A stretch of 63,893 nt of DNA, filler included, from Mitosporidium daphniae (lineage: Eukaryota): assembly GCF_000760515.2 (NCBI RefSeq). It is 5 parts of 5 records of this genome, joined end to end, with 100 filler letters (N's around TTAATTAATTAA, not from the genome) between each part and the next. Parts side by side here need not be neighbours in the genome. Positions count along the whole stretch, not along the records: positions 13,364 to 26,483 come from NW_013546702.1; positions 26,584 to 39,489 come from NW_013546701.1; 3 more parts are not named here. One strand, 5' to 3'. This document shows positions 25,640 through 36,097 of this stretch, one piece after another (position 1 is the stretch's first letter; every line of letters starts with the position of its first letter). The notes beneath the pieces were generated by a model that was not told the DNA's origin, searched no databases, and saw only the letters and a list, made by a program, of their open reading frames with translations. A program made the position numbers and the translations under genes.

Positions 25640-26483
25640 CTATTTATGCAGCCTTTTGTTTCCCATTATTCGACCGACGAACGATCCAGACTCTCGCTGC
25701 CCTACCATATAATAAGCCATGGTGGATGGAAAATACCCAATTGATGCAGAATGTAATCGCTTGCGATCTTGAGCTTATCCAAATCGACGCCTGGATCGTA
25801 TTTTGTTCCTTGAAGCATATATACAACGTCTTCAGTTGCCACGTTTCCGGTTGCAGATTTTGCATAGGGACAGCCTCCTTTGATGGCGTTAATCAAGTTA
25901 GCTAACCTAATCCGGCAATGGAGCAATCAAAGATGCGTATTCCAGCCTATGTTTATGTGCAAAGGTGTACTTTTAGCGATGCCCATATGTTTGCAAGGGC
26001 CTGCCCATATGTGTTGTGAAAGTGCATAGCAATTTTAGGAAGGGCTATTTGATTAGAAACTGCCTCAATTAATTGCTCCGATCGCTCTAATACAAAATAG
26101 GATCTTTTCAAATTACGGGGGGTTCCAGCTCCTATTGTATCCCCAAGGGATACTTCAGAGCATCCCATGTCTATGTATTGCTTTGCTAAACAGGCAACTC
26201 TTTTTGGATCGATTTCCAGTCCTTCATAAGGACAGCCCAAAACACAGGACAAGTAACTAAAGGTCAGCGTAGCAATGGAAAATGAACCCTCTTATCGTTA
26301 TGTTGGGGTTTCTCGTTTTTGCCTCGAAAATGATATCCTCAAAGGCCTGCATGCTAGCCGAAATGGAGCAATTAAGGTTCTTCATCGAAAAAGACTCTGT
26401 GGTCGATCCAAAAACAGCAATGTTGCTTACGCCGGCATTCAATGCCGCCTCAAGCCCCCTTTTATAACGATAAGAGGGTTCAT
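25640..26483 (-). CDS. HMGCL: Hydroxymethylglutaryl-CoA lyase, 3' part (5' end in gap), spliced
   Basis: SCVLGCPYEG, EVSLGDTIGAGTP, HFHNTYGQALANI, GGCPYAKSATGNVATEDVVYML. Confidence 0.94.
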
Positions 26484-26583
26484 NNNNNNNNNNNNNNNNN
26501 NNNNNNNNNNNNNNNNNNNNNNNNNNNTTAATTAATTAANNNNNNNNNNNNNNNNNNNNNNNNNNNNNNNNNNNNNNNNNNNN
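26484..26583. other. Assembly gap with stop linker
   Basis: N run with TTAATTAATTAA. Confidence 0.98.
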
Positions 26584-26672
26584 CAATAAATTCCTGATCG
26601 TATTCACAGATAAATATAGGATCATTTAAGGAGTCTGGTTCGCATGTTGATTCGAACGTCTCCACAACGGCA

Positions 26673-26722
26673 TTCCAATAAGTTTCAGATATAGCGACTT
26701 TGATATCTGAAACCTATTGGAA
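26673..26722. repeat. 20-bp inverted repeat (1 mismatch, 10-nt loop)
   Basis: ttccaataagtttcagatat-agcgactttg-atatctgaaacctattggaa. Confidence 0.9.
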
Positions 26723-26876
26723 AATTCGATCTCGAAACTTAAATGGCAACATGGATCAATGTCAAATCCGAATTGGGATAGTTACTAAGATAAACACCTA
26801 ACTCTAAATTAAAAAATCACAATTTATTCATAATTTGTATTACAAATTGGCGAAACAACCAATTTAAAAAAATTTC

Positions 26877-27017
26877 GACCAAGACTAAAACAGTTGCCAT
26901 ATTCCATCGTTTCCCCCTTGCGATGGGGGTCCAGGAGCCAGCCCTGACTTAAGAGAGTCATTAATAGGCTGGATTTTAGCGCAGCACAGCCTATTCGTAT
27001 TACTAAGCTGCTTGGTT
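26877..27017 (+). ncRNA. Candidate multibranch structured RNA, unidentified
   Basis: GC-richer island in AT-rich DNA with a closing helix and three hairpins. Confidence 0.35.
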
Positions 27018-28122
27018 ATCCCTTTTCTAAGTCCGAAATATTATGAAGAGTAAGCAACAGACGAGAAGAGACATAAATGATAATACAAACATGCTTTTTA
27101 TTCGCTGTAATTTCATTGCTTTTATATAGGTGTGTTTGTGATTTAAAACAAAGAACAATCCTACTGTGAATAAAACATAATTTTTGGACTTGTGATAATG
27201 GGTCAAAAAGTTTTCTTGAATTTTTACAAATCTTGCTACTTCAACTTTTATTCATACTATACAAGATTCATGACATCGATAAATCTCTCCCTGATTATAT
27301 GATAAAATTGGAGCTCTTTAAACCTTGTTACAAATGTTGGGGTCAAAAGTTGGGCTGCATATATTCTCAGCCCAGAAAAACAATCCATGACAGGGATTAA
27401 TTAATTTCTTGCAATTAAATAAAATGGAATAAAATAGCTTGGTTGGATAAGAAATGTTAGCCGAGTTGGTGATCAGAAATTAGTATATTGGTCTTTTAAC
27501 ATTTTGGGTTCCATCAAAACAGTATTCTCGATATTTTATTTATCACACACGATTTTCTCGCAATGGTGGCGACGAAAGCTAGTGCATCATTTACTTTATA
27601 TCTTCTAGCTTCAATTTGCTTGTGCAATTGATACATTGTCTACCTTCCTAATCTCTTCTTTTCATTGCGACGGCAATGAATATATTTTTGAGTAAGATTT
27701 CTATAGTATTTTTCTTTTGAATTGTGCCTACAAAAAGTTCCCATTTTCGATTGAACTACCGAGAAAAGTCACTGGATTTCAGTTCTCAAGTTTCAGTCGT
27801 CTTTAACCCGATTTCAGCCTATCATCTGGTCTTTTTTGCCCAAAAAAAACAATTTATTGACAAATTCGAATATATCTCGATGATCGATTGGCGCTTTTAA
27901 TGCCAATTCAAGGTTTGATTTATCAGATCTCAGCTCTATTACTGCTCAAAGCAAATCCAATAACTCATGGGATATCTCAGAATCTTACTTAGCTACCGCA
28001 TCTCCAGGCGTTAAAAAAAGCAAAGAAATATTCAGAATTTATTAATGATATCGAACATCGATTCATATCATCTAGAAAGGAAGACTAAATCCCATCGAAA
28101 CATCCAAAGTTTAAATAGCAAG

Positions 28123-28365
28123 TTAAAAGTCGGAAGTTCTTCCCTTTCTTTCCCAATCACCATATCTTGTTGGTTCTGGCCCTGATGGCCCGCCAAATTC
28201 TTGCACAGCTTCCTCAGAATGATCGACTTTTTCCTGACTATTAGCTCTCCCAGCTTCACTTTCGGGCTTTTTAAAACTTGATGATGGTTCTTTCATCTTC
28301 ATAAGGTAGCTTCTTCTTTGGAGTAACGATGATGTGAATTTAAGCATTTTTGAGTTGCATCCCAT
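28123..28365 (-). CDS. SDHAF4: Succinate dehydrogenase assembly factor 4 (start 28365 or 28347)
   Basis: Signature EFGGPSGPEPTRYGDWERKGRTSDF at the C-terminus. Confidence 0.95.
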   Translation of the reverse strand: MGCNSKMLKFTSSLLQRRSYLMKMKEPSSSFKKPESEAGRANSQEKVDHSEEAVQEFGGPSGPEPTRYGDWERKGRTSDF

Positions 28366-28809
28366 TAAATTTTAAATAACCCCAAAAGGAATTCAACTTT
28401 GGGTGTTTTCTATTGTTATTGATGCATAATTTAAACCACAAATCTGATTCGGTATAGCCTTTGTGTCATTGTAATTTGTTAAAAACAACATTTTGTGCAG
28501 TTCTGAAACTCACTTCATTTATAAATAACTGCGACCTACGCAGATAAAAGCAAACGGAAAAAAGACAAGTTTATAAAGAAAGTCGCAAATGATGGCTATT
28601 ATTGACAGCCTTGTTGCTCCACCAATACAAATTGCCTATTAACTTGTGTGCTTGAAAATTGGAAATTCGTCCAATTAATATAAAGTCACTTCATTATCCA
28701 ATCAAAAATTAGTTTTTAATGCTCTGCCAATTAAAGCGTTGATAGGATCTATTTAACACCAAACATGCATATATAAAGGGAAAAGCTTTTTCCGTTTTTC
28801 TCAATCACT

Positions 28810-30025
28810 ATGACCGTTGACTTTAACCTTAAAAGTAAAAAAGGATTATCTGAGAAAGAAGCTCAGGAATTAAGAGGTTCCACTGCCTTATATGCAACCG
28901 GGGCTCTTCCGGCGTTTCTTCCTGGATTACGTATTTATAACAACGACGTAGAAGATGGACATGATGATGTCTCGTCTTCAATGGAAAATTTGAAAAGCTC
29001 CTTTGAAGAATGGCGTTCTCTCAAGGAAGATGACACTTCCTTTGACCCTGCAACTCCTCTTCCTTTGGAAATTTTCGAAGGCTCCCTTTATGATGTAATT
29101 GGATCTCTCGATCAAGAGGTCTTCCAGAAAAATGCAATGTCCTTGAAAGAGGAGCAAACGTCGTCTACCATTTTGCATTCTCCCCCATGCTCGCTTTCAG
29201 AACGAATTTTAATGCTACTTGACCGCGTAAAAGATCTCTCATCAGGTAAGTCTATAATTACAGCTACAATACCAAGTAGCTTTAAAACCCCATCATCATC
29301 ATCATCATTTATCTCCAGTTTTTAGGGATCAGGTCACGTTTTGGAAGAATGCAATCAGCGTTTGGCTGTTCGATTCATTGCTGAGCCCATCATGGAAAGA
29401 GTTTCTGAGTCGGATTGAGGATGCGCTGAGTAGCTCCGTGGTATCCTTTTTCGGATTAAAAGGGAGCTTTGAAAAACAGGATGCCCTCCAAGGGGTTAAT
29501 AATGATGAGGTCCTCAAGACGGCTCCCCCAGCAAAGTCTCGTTTTGAATATGTCTCTTCAAACGCTGCTCCCATCAACATGCCTTCGATTTCCACAAAAT
29601 TTGATGATGAGAAGAGCAAATTGACAAAGCCCACCGTACTTCCGAATGGCCCGTCAGTTTCTAACATCTTCAAGGATTTTGCCCAGCCCTCCATATCTTC
29701 ATCAAATGCATCGCTTAGTTCGCTGTTGACCGCTGAAACCGGAAAAACAATCAATTTTTTTGAAAACAGCGACAATCTCAGAAATATTCCAAAGCCTACA
29801 TGTTCTCCCAGATATGCTACCCCAGATGTTCCGAAAAATCAGTCTATTGACCCAGATTGGTATCTCAAGTGGACAAAAAATGCATCTACTGCTTCACTCT
29901 CCTCATCAATCCCTTCTAGTGGTATTGAGAAGCTTGAAAGTTTAACATCTGAAAAAGACAAAAAATTAACCAGTAATAGCAAGGAAAATTTGGCCAAGAG
30001 CTTGGGCTTCGAAACTATTGAATGA
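28810..30025 (+). CDS. Hypothetical Ser-rich protein; two ORFs joined by predicted intron 29246-29279
   Basis: A 34-nt GTAAGT...TAG intron joins the two frames; TATA-like tatataaa about 40 nt upstream. Confidence 0.6.
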
Positions 30026-30139
30026 ATTTGTTTAATAAACTAATTATCTAACCAACCAAGTAAAATTAAACTAAAACGAGACAGTGAGTTCAAACGTTAA
30101 GATGATATCTTTGAGGCTGTATTATTAAATAGATAGCCC

Positions 30140-30639
30140 TTATTTCTTGCCAGATTGTGGCTTGTGCTTCTTGGAGCCGCGAATCTTCTTGGCGCGATTT
30201 TTCTTTTCCTTGCGAAGCTTGCGTCCCTGCTTGGTGATTGTTATAAGCCCATTGCGCACTTGATGGAATTTTGGCTCAAAAGACTTGACGGCATCGACAT
30301 TGTCATAAATAAGAGCAAAGCAAGTTGATTTGCCACCACCAAAAGCGGTCTTATTTCCAAAAACAACAACAGCTTGTGGGTCTGCCTTGTACATCTTTGC
30401 AAGCTTTGCGCGAAGGTCAGCTTGGGAAATGTTGGCGAGACCTGGATGTATGACATCAATGACCTAGCAATAAAGGGATAAAGATATACCATTTGTTTGC
30501 GCTTGAGCAGAGGATTGGTCATAAACTTCCTCGATCTGATTGTAACTGCAGATGAATCAACACGCTAAAGAAATTAGCAAATGAACATCTAATAAAAGGT
30601 GAAATGGTGGGGGCAGTCGAATGGGTGGGCGCTTACCAT
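30140..30639 (-). CDS. RPS24: 40S ribosomal protein S24 (eS24), 2 introns
   Basis: ATG then 72-nt intron; [41 protein letters not shown]. Confidence 0.97.
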
Positions 30640-30776
30640 ATTTTTAAGAGAAAGTACAATGGATTAAAATATCAGACACAAATTAAGGAGCAACTCGGCG
30701 ATGATGAGTTTGAGGTTGGAGGACAAATATTATTTTAAATTTTAAATTTAAGTAATTTGTTTTTTGTTTCATTCAA

Positions 30777-31310
30777 ATGAAATCCTCTCGCCACAAGGGG
30801 ACTCGTGGCAAACATCCTGCAAAAAAATCGGCCTTGGAAGAGCTTGATCAAATCAAGAAAATCTCTAAAGAAGCCAAATCTCAAAAGCCGATTTCTTTAT
30901 CATCATTTCCTTTCCCAGAGATGGCCACTTCAGCATTAAATGGCGAAGGGCCCATTGTGGAAGCTGCCTCTGCAGAAGGGGCAAAAAAAAAGAAAGCAGT
31001 AAAGAAAGGAAAAATATTTGCTTCACCGGTATACTTTTTATTTTCTAAATGCTAGGCGGAAATATCTGCCATCATAAATAGAGTGAATGAAAAAGAAGAT
31101 CAATTGATTGTTAAAAAGCGATCCAAGCAAGAGCAATATTTTAACAAGGAGATGCAGAGGCAAACTAGCAGGCTTCAGAAAAAAGGCAAAAAGGAGGAAA
31201 GAATCCAGAAAGGAAAAGATATTCTTAAATCGACCAATTCCACGCCTTCTACGGCAAGGACGAAAACTCCTTCAAGGAAAGGTGGCCCTTCTCCAAAGAA
31301 TAAAGTTTAA
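30777..31310 (+). CDS. Basic protein, possibly Loc1-like 60S biogenesis factor, 1 intron
   Basis: KKGKIFA followed by a charged helix resembling Loc1; recognition weak. Confidence 0.5.
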
Positions 31311-31346
31311 ATTATTTGTTTATTCTTGGGTTTATTATGGCACAAT

Positions 31347-32294
31347 CTATGGATCTGTTTCTTTAAAAGAAGGCATCGACAATCTTAATACACTTGAAAG
31401 GTCATAGCTGATCGCCTGTGATAGGTTATCCAAATCTGAATGGTCCTCGAAAGAAAAGTTAAATGTTGGGTATGAATAATCGTCAATTGGAAGCTGTGAA
31501 TCGCCTACAGAGTGTGTACAATTAAAATATACGTGTCGGTCATTGTTTTCTGCCAACTTTTTGGGACTGGGTGCATCATTTTCAATGTGATTTAGCTGAT
31601 GAAGACACGATCTCTGCGAGAGCACAACAGAAGAAGAGCCGTAGCTGGCCTGGAATGGCTTATTCCGTGACCGTCTAGATCTTTTGATATTATTTGCAGT
31701 ATTCATGGAAAAAGATATAGAGTCCGCGATGAGAGATCTTGTTTGAGGGGAGTTCTCAGTGGGCAGGGCATTATTGCTGATAAATTCTTTCAAACGGTCT
31801 GTGATTTGAATGGAATTTGAGTTCATCTCATCTCGATTGAGTAATATTCGATTGCTAGATGAAAGCAAAGGAGATAGCGAGTGGTTGTGTTCAAGAATTA
31901 CCTTTGTTATGACAAACCTGCAGGTTCTTGTAGAATATCTTACATTAACCCTCCAGGGGCAGTCTGTCTTGACCGACTTTTGACTATGCATGTTAAGTTG
32001 TGAGACAGATAAGTTCTGAGAAGAAGAGGATCGACATCGATATTTCCCGGATCGATAGCAGCCAAAAGTAGCTTGCATGACGATATCGAATATTTTTTGC
32101 GACCTCAACAAGACCACACTGAAGTTATTGAATCGGGAAAAGCAGTCAAGAAAAACCTCTACATCTTGGAAAGAAGAAAAGGCCTGGTCTAAAACTGGCA
32201 TGATGTTTATGGATGTGGCGGCATTTTTGAAAGCATCCTTTTCTTGAGATTCCTGCATGGTATCGGGATGTGCGGAGTATATTATTTGAGACAT
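31347..32294 (-). CDS. FAR1/Mutator-type (WRKY-GCM1 fold) zinc-finger DNA-binding protein, no DDE domain
   Basis: FSSFQDVEVF...C...SVKTDCPWRVNV...FVITKVILEHNHSL. Confidence 0.8.
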   Translation of the reverse strand: MSQIIYSAHPDTMQESQEKDAFKNAATSINIMPVLDQAFSSFQDVEVFLDCFSRFNNFSVVLLRSQKIFDIVMQATFGCYRSGKYRCRSSSSQNLSVSQLNMHSQKSVKTDCPWRVNVRYSTRTCRFVITKVILEHNHSLSPLLSSSNRILLNRDEMNSNSIQITDRLKEFISNNALPTENSPQTRSLIADSISFSMNTANNIKRSRRSRNKPFQASYGSSSVVLSQRSCLHQLNHIENDAPSPKKLAENNDRHVYFNCTHSVGDSQLPIDDYSYPTFNFSFEDHSDLDNLSQAISYDLSSVLRLSMPSFKETDP

Positions 32295-32342
32295 GATTTA
32301 AAAAATTTTAAAGCTAAAAAATTTTCTATATTGTCTGAAAAT

Positions 32343-32705
32343 ATGATGAATTTAATCGGCACCACTGGCTTCAATGACGACGGTGAGGATGATGTCAATT
32401 TGAGCGAGGAAGAGGATCCCTGCATTTTGATAGAAAACGTACATTTTTGATTGCATTACAATTTAGCTACAAAGGCAATACAAGCTTCTTAGAGACGCGA
32501 AAGAAATACCCACCGATATTTCGCTGCATTTCAAATATGAGGACGGGGACGGGTCTGTGATAATGGTGGATAGCTCACATGAACGAAATGGTTAATTTTT
32601 ATTTTTACTATAGATGACGATGGAAACCGTGATGGCTCTGTCAAATTGTCTAAATTCAAACAACAAAGACTCGAAAATAGAAAAAAACAAGAATTGCATG
32701 ATTAA
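32343..32705 (+). CDS. Small acidic hypothetical protein, 2 introns
   Basis: Two GT-AG introns (about 28 and 23 nt) restore a continuous frame ending RKKQELHD*. Confidence 0.55.
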
Positions 32706-32794
32706 CAATAACTTTATTGCAATAAATTAAAGTAAAAAACCATGCAATTTATTTGCATTAAAATCAAAAATTTTTACATTTGATACGCTCTTTC

Positions 32795-34999
32795 ATGACT
32801 TCTTGCATTGCTGATACCCAGGCATTTGCTCAAAATGCCGCGCATGTCGATGCTCCTCGTCTTTGCATAAAAAATATCCTTTCCTCTTGCCCAATACACC
32901 CCAAGAGATCAGAACTTCCTCTTCCAGCCAGTGTAACATGCATCCATCAAGATGTGTTCATTACTGCTTCTGTTGATGGTGAGGAGTTTTCAGAGGCCGG
33001 GGTATATTCTCAAAAGGCAGATGACTTTTCTCTGCTCTCGCCAATTTTATATTCTGTATTTTCGTTTGAAGATTTAACGGTCATGGATTCGCCGATTGCG
33101 ATTCCTCAACCTCGTAAGCCTATGAATGCCAATGGTAACATCGGTGACAAGCAAAATAATTCTACTCAACATCATGGATATTCTCGGAACAATCGAGCAG
33201 CTACATATGGGGATTCTTCAGAATTTATTACCCAAAGAGGCGGCGGTCGTCGCTTCCAAGGGCAGCATCGCTCTGCATATGGCAACCAACATCACGGCAA
33301 CAGGGCGAATAGTGATGGATCTGGGGATAGCCAACAAAACTATGGCCACCACAATCGACATCATTACCAGCAGCATGCAGATGAAAAAAACCAGCAACCA
33401 AAAAAATCAATAGACTCTTTTGTCTCGCAGTTTGAATCCATGGCGCCGTACAAGTCTAGAGAGTTGGATTCTTCTTCGATGGAAGATCCATGGGCCGACC
33501 CTAGCGCTTCTGTTGGTTCGTTCGACTCTTCTGGGAACTTTATCACTTCCGAATTTCCGAAAAAAGATGCAGCAACTGCTCGGTCATCAAGAATTCCCAT
33601 TCAGCAATCGAGGCTCTCCTCGATTATTTCCTCAAAAATCATCACAGCGGAGAGCTTGGAGGCAACTCTTTTTCAAAATTCAATAAGTTCCGAAGGTGAA
33701 TTGAACGTCGCAATTCCCTTCTTCAACCTCTGGTATTACAAGGACCCGTACGGAAATATTCAAGGCCCATTCCCGTCTGAGCAAATGACTCATTGGAGTG
33801 AAGCTGGATATTTTGATTTAAAAATGCTTGTAAGGCCCGATGTTGATTCCGCGTCTACGTTCAATAATCTGAGCAATCTCTCTATAGTTTCCGACTTTGT
33901 TCCCCTCTCTGAGTGGATCAATTTGTATAACCACAATTGGCCATGGTCTAATCAGGCCAAAAACATTGTTTACTCGGTTAAACAGCCGCAATCTTCTAAA
34001 CCAGAACCGATGGCTGCTGTTGAAATCATTGTTACGCAAGAAAAAGAATCCCATTCTTCCATTCAAAAGTCCAATCCTATCACACAGAATAGCGAAACCG
34101 AATATTTAAAGCCTTCCATTACGGAGCCTATAAATTCGGGGAAAACCCCGGAACATGTCCCCCTCCCATCGGAAGAAATTAAAGATGATGCACAAAAGAA
34201 AACGGAGCAAGCTACGCCTATAGAAGACCCTGAAAAAAAATCCATCTCAGCTACAAAATTCAAAGGTTGGGCTACATCAACTAATATGGCCGATCCCGCT
34301 GCTAATATTAGAACCTCCATTCAAGAAAATTCTCGAAGCAAACGGATTCCGGAGCCTCAATCTGCTCAGCCACTGGAACATGCTGTAGCCAATGTAAGGT
34401 CCAAACCTACCTCTTGGTCTTCAATTGCAAGTTCTGGATTTGGTTCCCACGCCGAGCCTGTGGAGGGAAAACCAACGCCTTCCAAGGCCTCTAATGCAAC
34501 AAATTCTGCGAATGTGACATCCAAATCCCAACCCCAACCCCAAGAAGCCTTCCAGTCTCAAGGGAAGCCATCACAATCTTCTAAATCGGACGTGAAAAAT
34601 GAAAAATCAGATTCGGCAGCCGCTCTTGGAAAATGGGTATCCAAAGAGCTCTCCAGAATGAATATAAAAAACATTGACTCCACCACGCTGACAACTTTGC
34701 TGTTTCCCCTTTCCGTGGATCAGATGAAAGATATTCTTACAGAGTTTTTGCCAACCGCATCAGAGATAAGCGAGTTTATTGCCGGTTTTACTGAAGCACG
34801 TGCGAGTACTCCATCCCTTAACGGGCTGCTCCCCCCTACACTTGTATCGGCAAAAAAAAAGACTGCTACTCCACTTGCCTCAGATTCCAAGGAAGCTGAC
34901 GGATTCTCCGTTGTTGTTAGAAAGACAAAGAAATCGGCACCTGCCGCCAAAACTCACTCTACCCATGAAGCTCCAGGCAAGCGAATCGTCGGGCTGTGA
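32795..34999 (+). CDS. GYF-domain protein (GIGYF/Smy2-like); exact start uncertain
   Basis: WYYKDPYGNIQGPFPSEQMTHWSEAGYF. Confidence 0.88.
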   Translation: MTSCIADTQAFAQNAAHVDAPRLCIKNILSSCPIHPKRSELPLPASVTCIHQDVFITASVDGEEFSEAGVYSQKADDFSLLSPILYSVFSFEDLTVMDSPIAIPQPRKPMNANGNIGDKQNNSTQHHGYSRNNRAATYGDSSEFITQRGGGRRFQGQHRSAYGNQHHGNRANSDGSGDSQQNYGHHNRHHYQQHADEKNQQPKKSIDSFVSQFESMAPYKSRELDSSSMEDPWADPSASVGSFDSSGNFITSEFPKKDAATARSSRIPIQQSRLSSIISSKIITAESLEATLFQNSISSEGELNVAIPFFNLWYYKDPYGNIQGPFPSEQMTHWSEAGYFDLKMLVRPDVDSASTFNNLSNLSIVSDFVPLSEWINLYNHNWPWSNQAKNIVYSVKQPQSSKPEPMAAVEIIVTQEKESHSSIQKSNPITQNSETEYLKPSITEPINSGKTPEHVPLPSEEIKDDAQKKTEQATPIEDPEKKSISATKFKGWATSTNMADPAANIRTSIQENSRSKRIPEPQSAQPLEHAVANVRSKPTSWSSIASSGFGSHAEPVEGKPTPSKASNATNSANVTSKSQPQPQEAFQSQGKPSQSSKSDVKNEKSDSAAALGKWVSKELSRMNIKNIDSTTLTTLLFPLSVDQMKDILTEFLPTASEISEFIAGFTEARASTPSLNGLLPPTLVSAKKKTATPLASDSKEADGFSVVVRKTKKSAPAAKTHSTHEAPGKRIVGL

Positions 35000-35163
35000 A
35001 GGTCAGCTCATCGGCCCTATTTGAAATTGATACCAATTTTTAACAATAATAAACGCGTAAGATCATCCCCATTGTCAAGCTCGCTTTAAGTGTGTGACGA
35101 AAAGCTTTGAGGGTGCCGTTTGTGTTTTAATTCTTTATTTATAGGTATCATCTACCTACAGAA

Positions 35164-36000
35164 TTATTCCACCTGATCTTCTTTTGGTTCCATGATCTGT
35201 GATGCCTTTTCATAAAGTGTTCTCGATAAGCCTGCAAGTTCATCCATCCCTCGATCCCTGAAAAAGCACTCAATGTCGCCAATAGATCTAATAGCATCAA
35301 CAACTGTAGTAATGTGAAAGGGGGTTGTTTGAAAATTTGTCAAGTCAGACTCATCCATATTATATGCCCCTGTAAGATAGTGATGCTCGTCCGACACGCC
35401 GGAAGATGAAGTCACTGGAGAAAGTTTCGATTTCTTAATAATTGATCCCATGTCGTTGACCAAAGTACCGGAGCAAATTCCATCTTTGCTACGGCGTTGT
35501 CTTATCTTGTAGTCAGGACCATGAGTAGACCAGAGTTGGAGGACTTCATCTTTTTTCCTTAAAATATTATACACAGTGGTATGCGAGACGTTGAACATTC
35601 TAACAAGATCAGGAACCTTAACATCTGGATTAGAAGCCAGCTTTATCAACTCGACTCTTTCACAGAGAGTAAGGGTTTTGTGGGGTGAATGTGGAGAGGA
35701 TGACATTGATGGGGTGGAGGTTGACGATACTGGTTTCTGTTGTAATCTTCCCTGTACTGTTCCCAGAGTTCCCATAACACTACTTACAGAGGGAGACATC
35801 ATTTGGGGAATGGCGCCAAACTGATGGTCAGGCGCCACTAAAGAGACCGAACTTTCATGAAGATAAGCCTCGTTTGAGTTCAGTGTGGTTACTGCTGATG
35901 TAGGGATATCGAGTATCCCATTGGTTTCTTCTTCAGAAAAGTTTGTGAACTCCGTAACAGATGAAGAGTTGTCTGATAGAGACATCATAATAATTATCAA
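35164..36000 (-). CDS. CENP-B/pogo-type HTH DNA-binding protein, no DDE domain (first ATG near 35993)
   Basis: HKTLTLCERVELIKLA...VPDLVRMFNVSHTTVYNILRKKDEVL. Confidence 0.78.
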   Translation of the reverse strand: MIIIMMSLSDNSSSVTEFTNFSEEETNGILDIPTSAVTTLNSNEAYLHESSVSLVAPDHQFGAIPQMMSPSVSSVMGTLGTVQGRLQQKPVSSTSTPSMSSSPHSPHKTLTLCERVELIKLASNPDVKVPDLVRMFNVSHTTVYNILRKKDEVLQLWSTHGPDYKIRQRRSKDGICSGTLVNDMGSIIKKSKLSPVTSSSGVSDEHHYLTGAYNMDESDLTNFQTTPFHITTVVDAIRSIGDIECFFRDRGMDELAGLSRTLYEKASQIMEPKEDQVE

Positions 36001-36097
36001 AATAAATACAAAAGTGCTGATCAGAAAATTTTACATTTTAGCTTTTTCAGATGCAAATTGTGAATTTAATTTTTTATTATTTTAATTACGGGAATAT

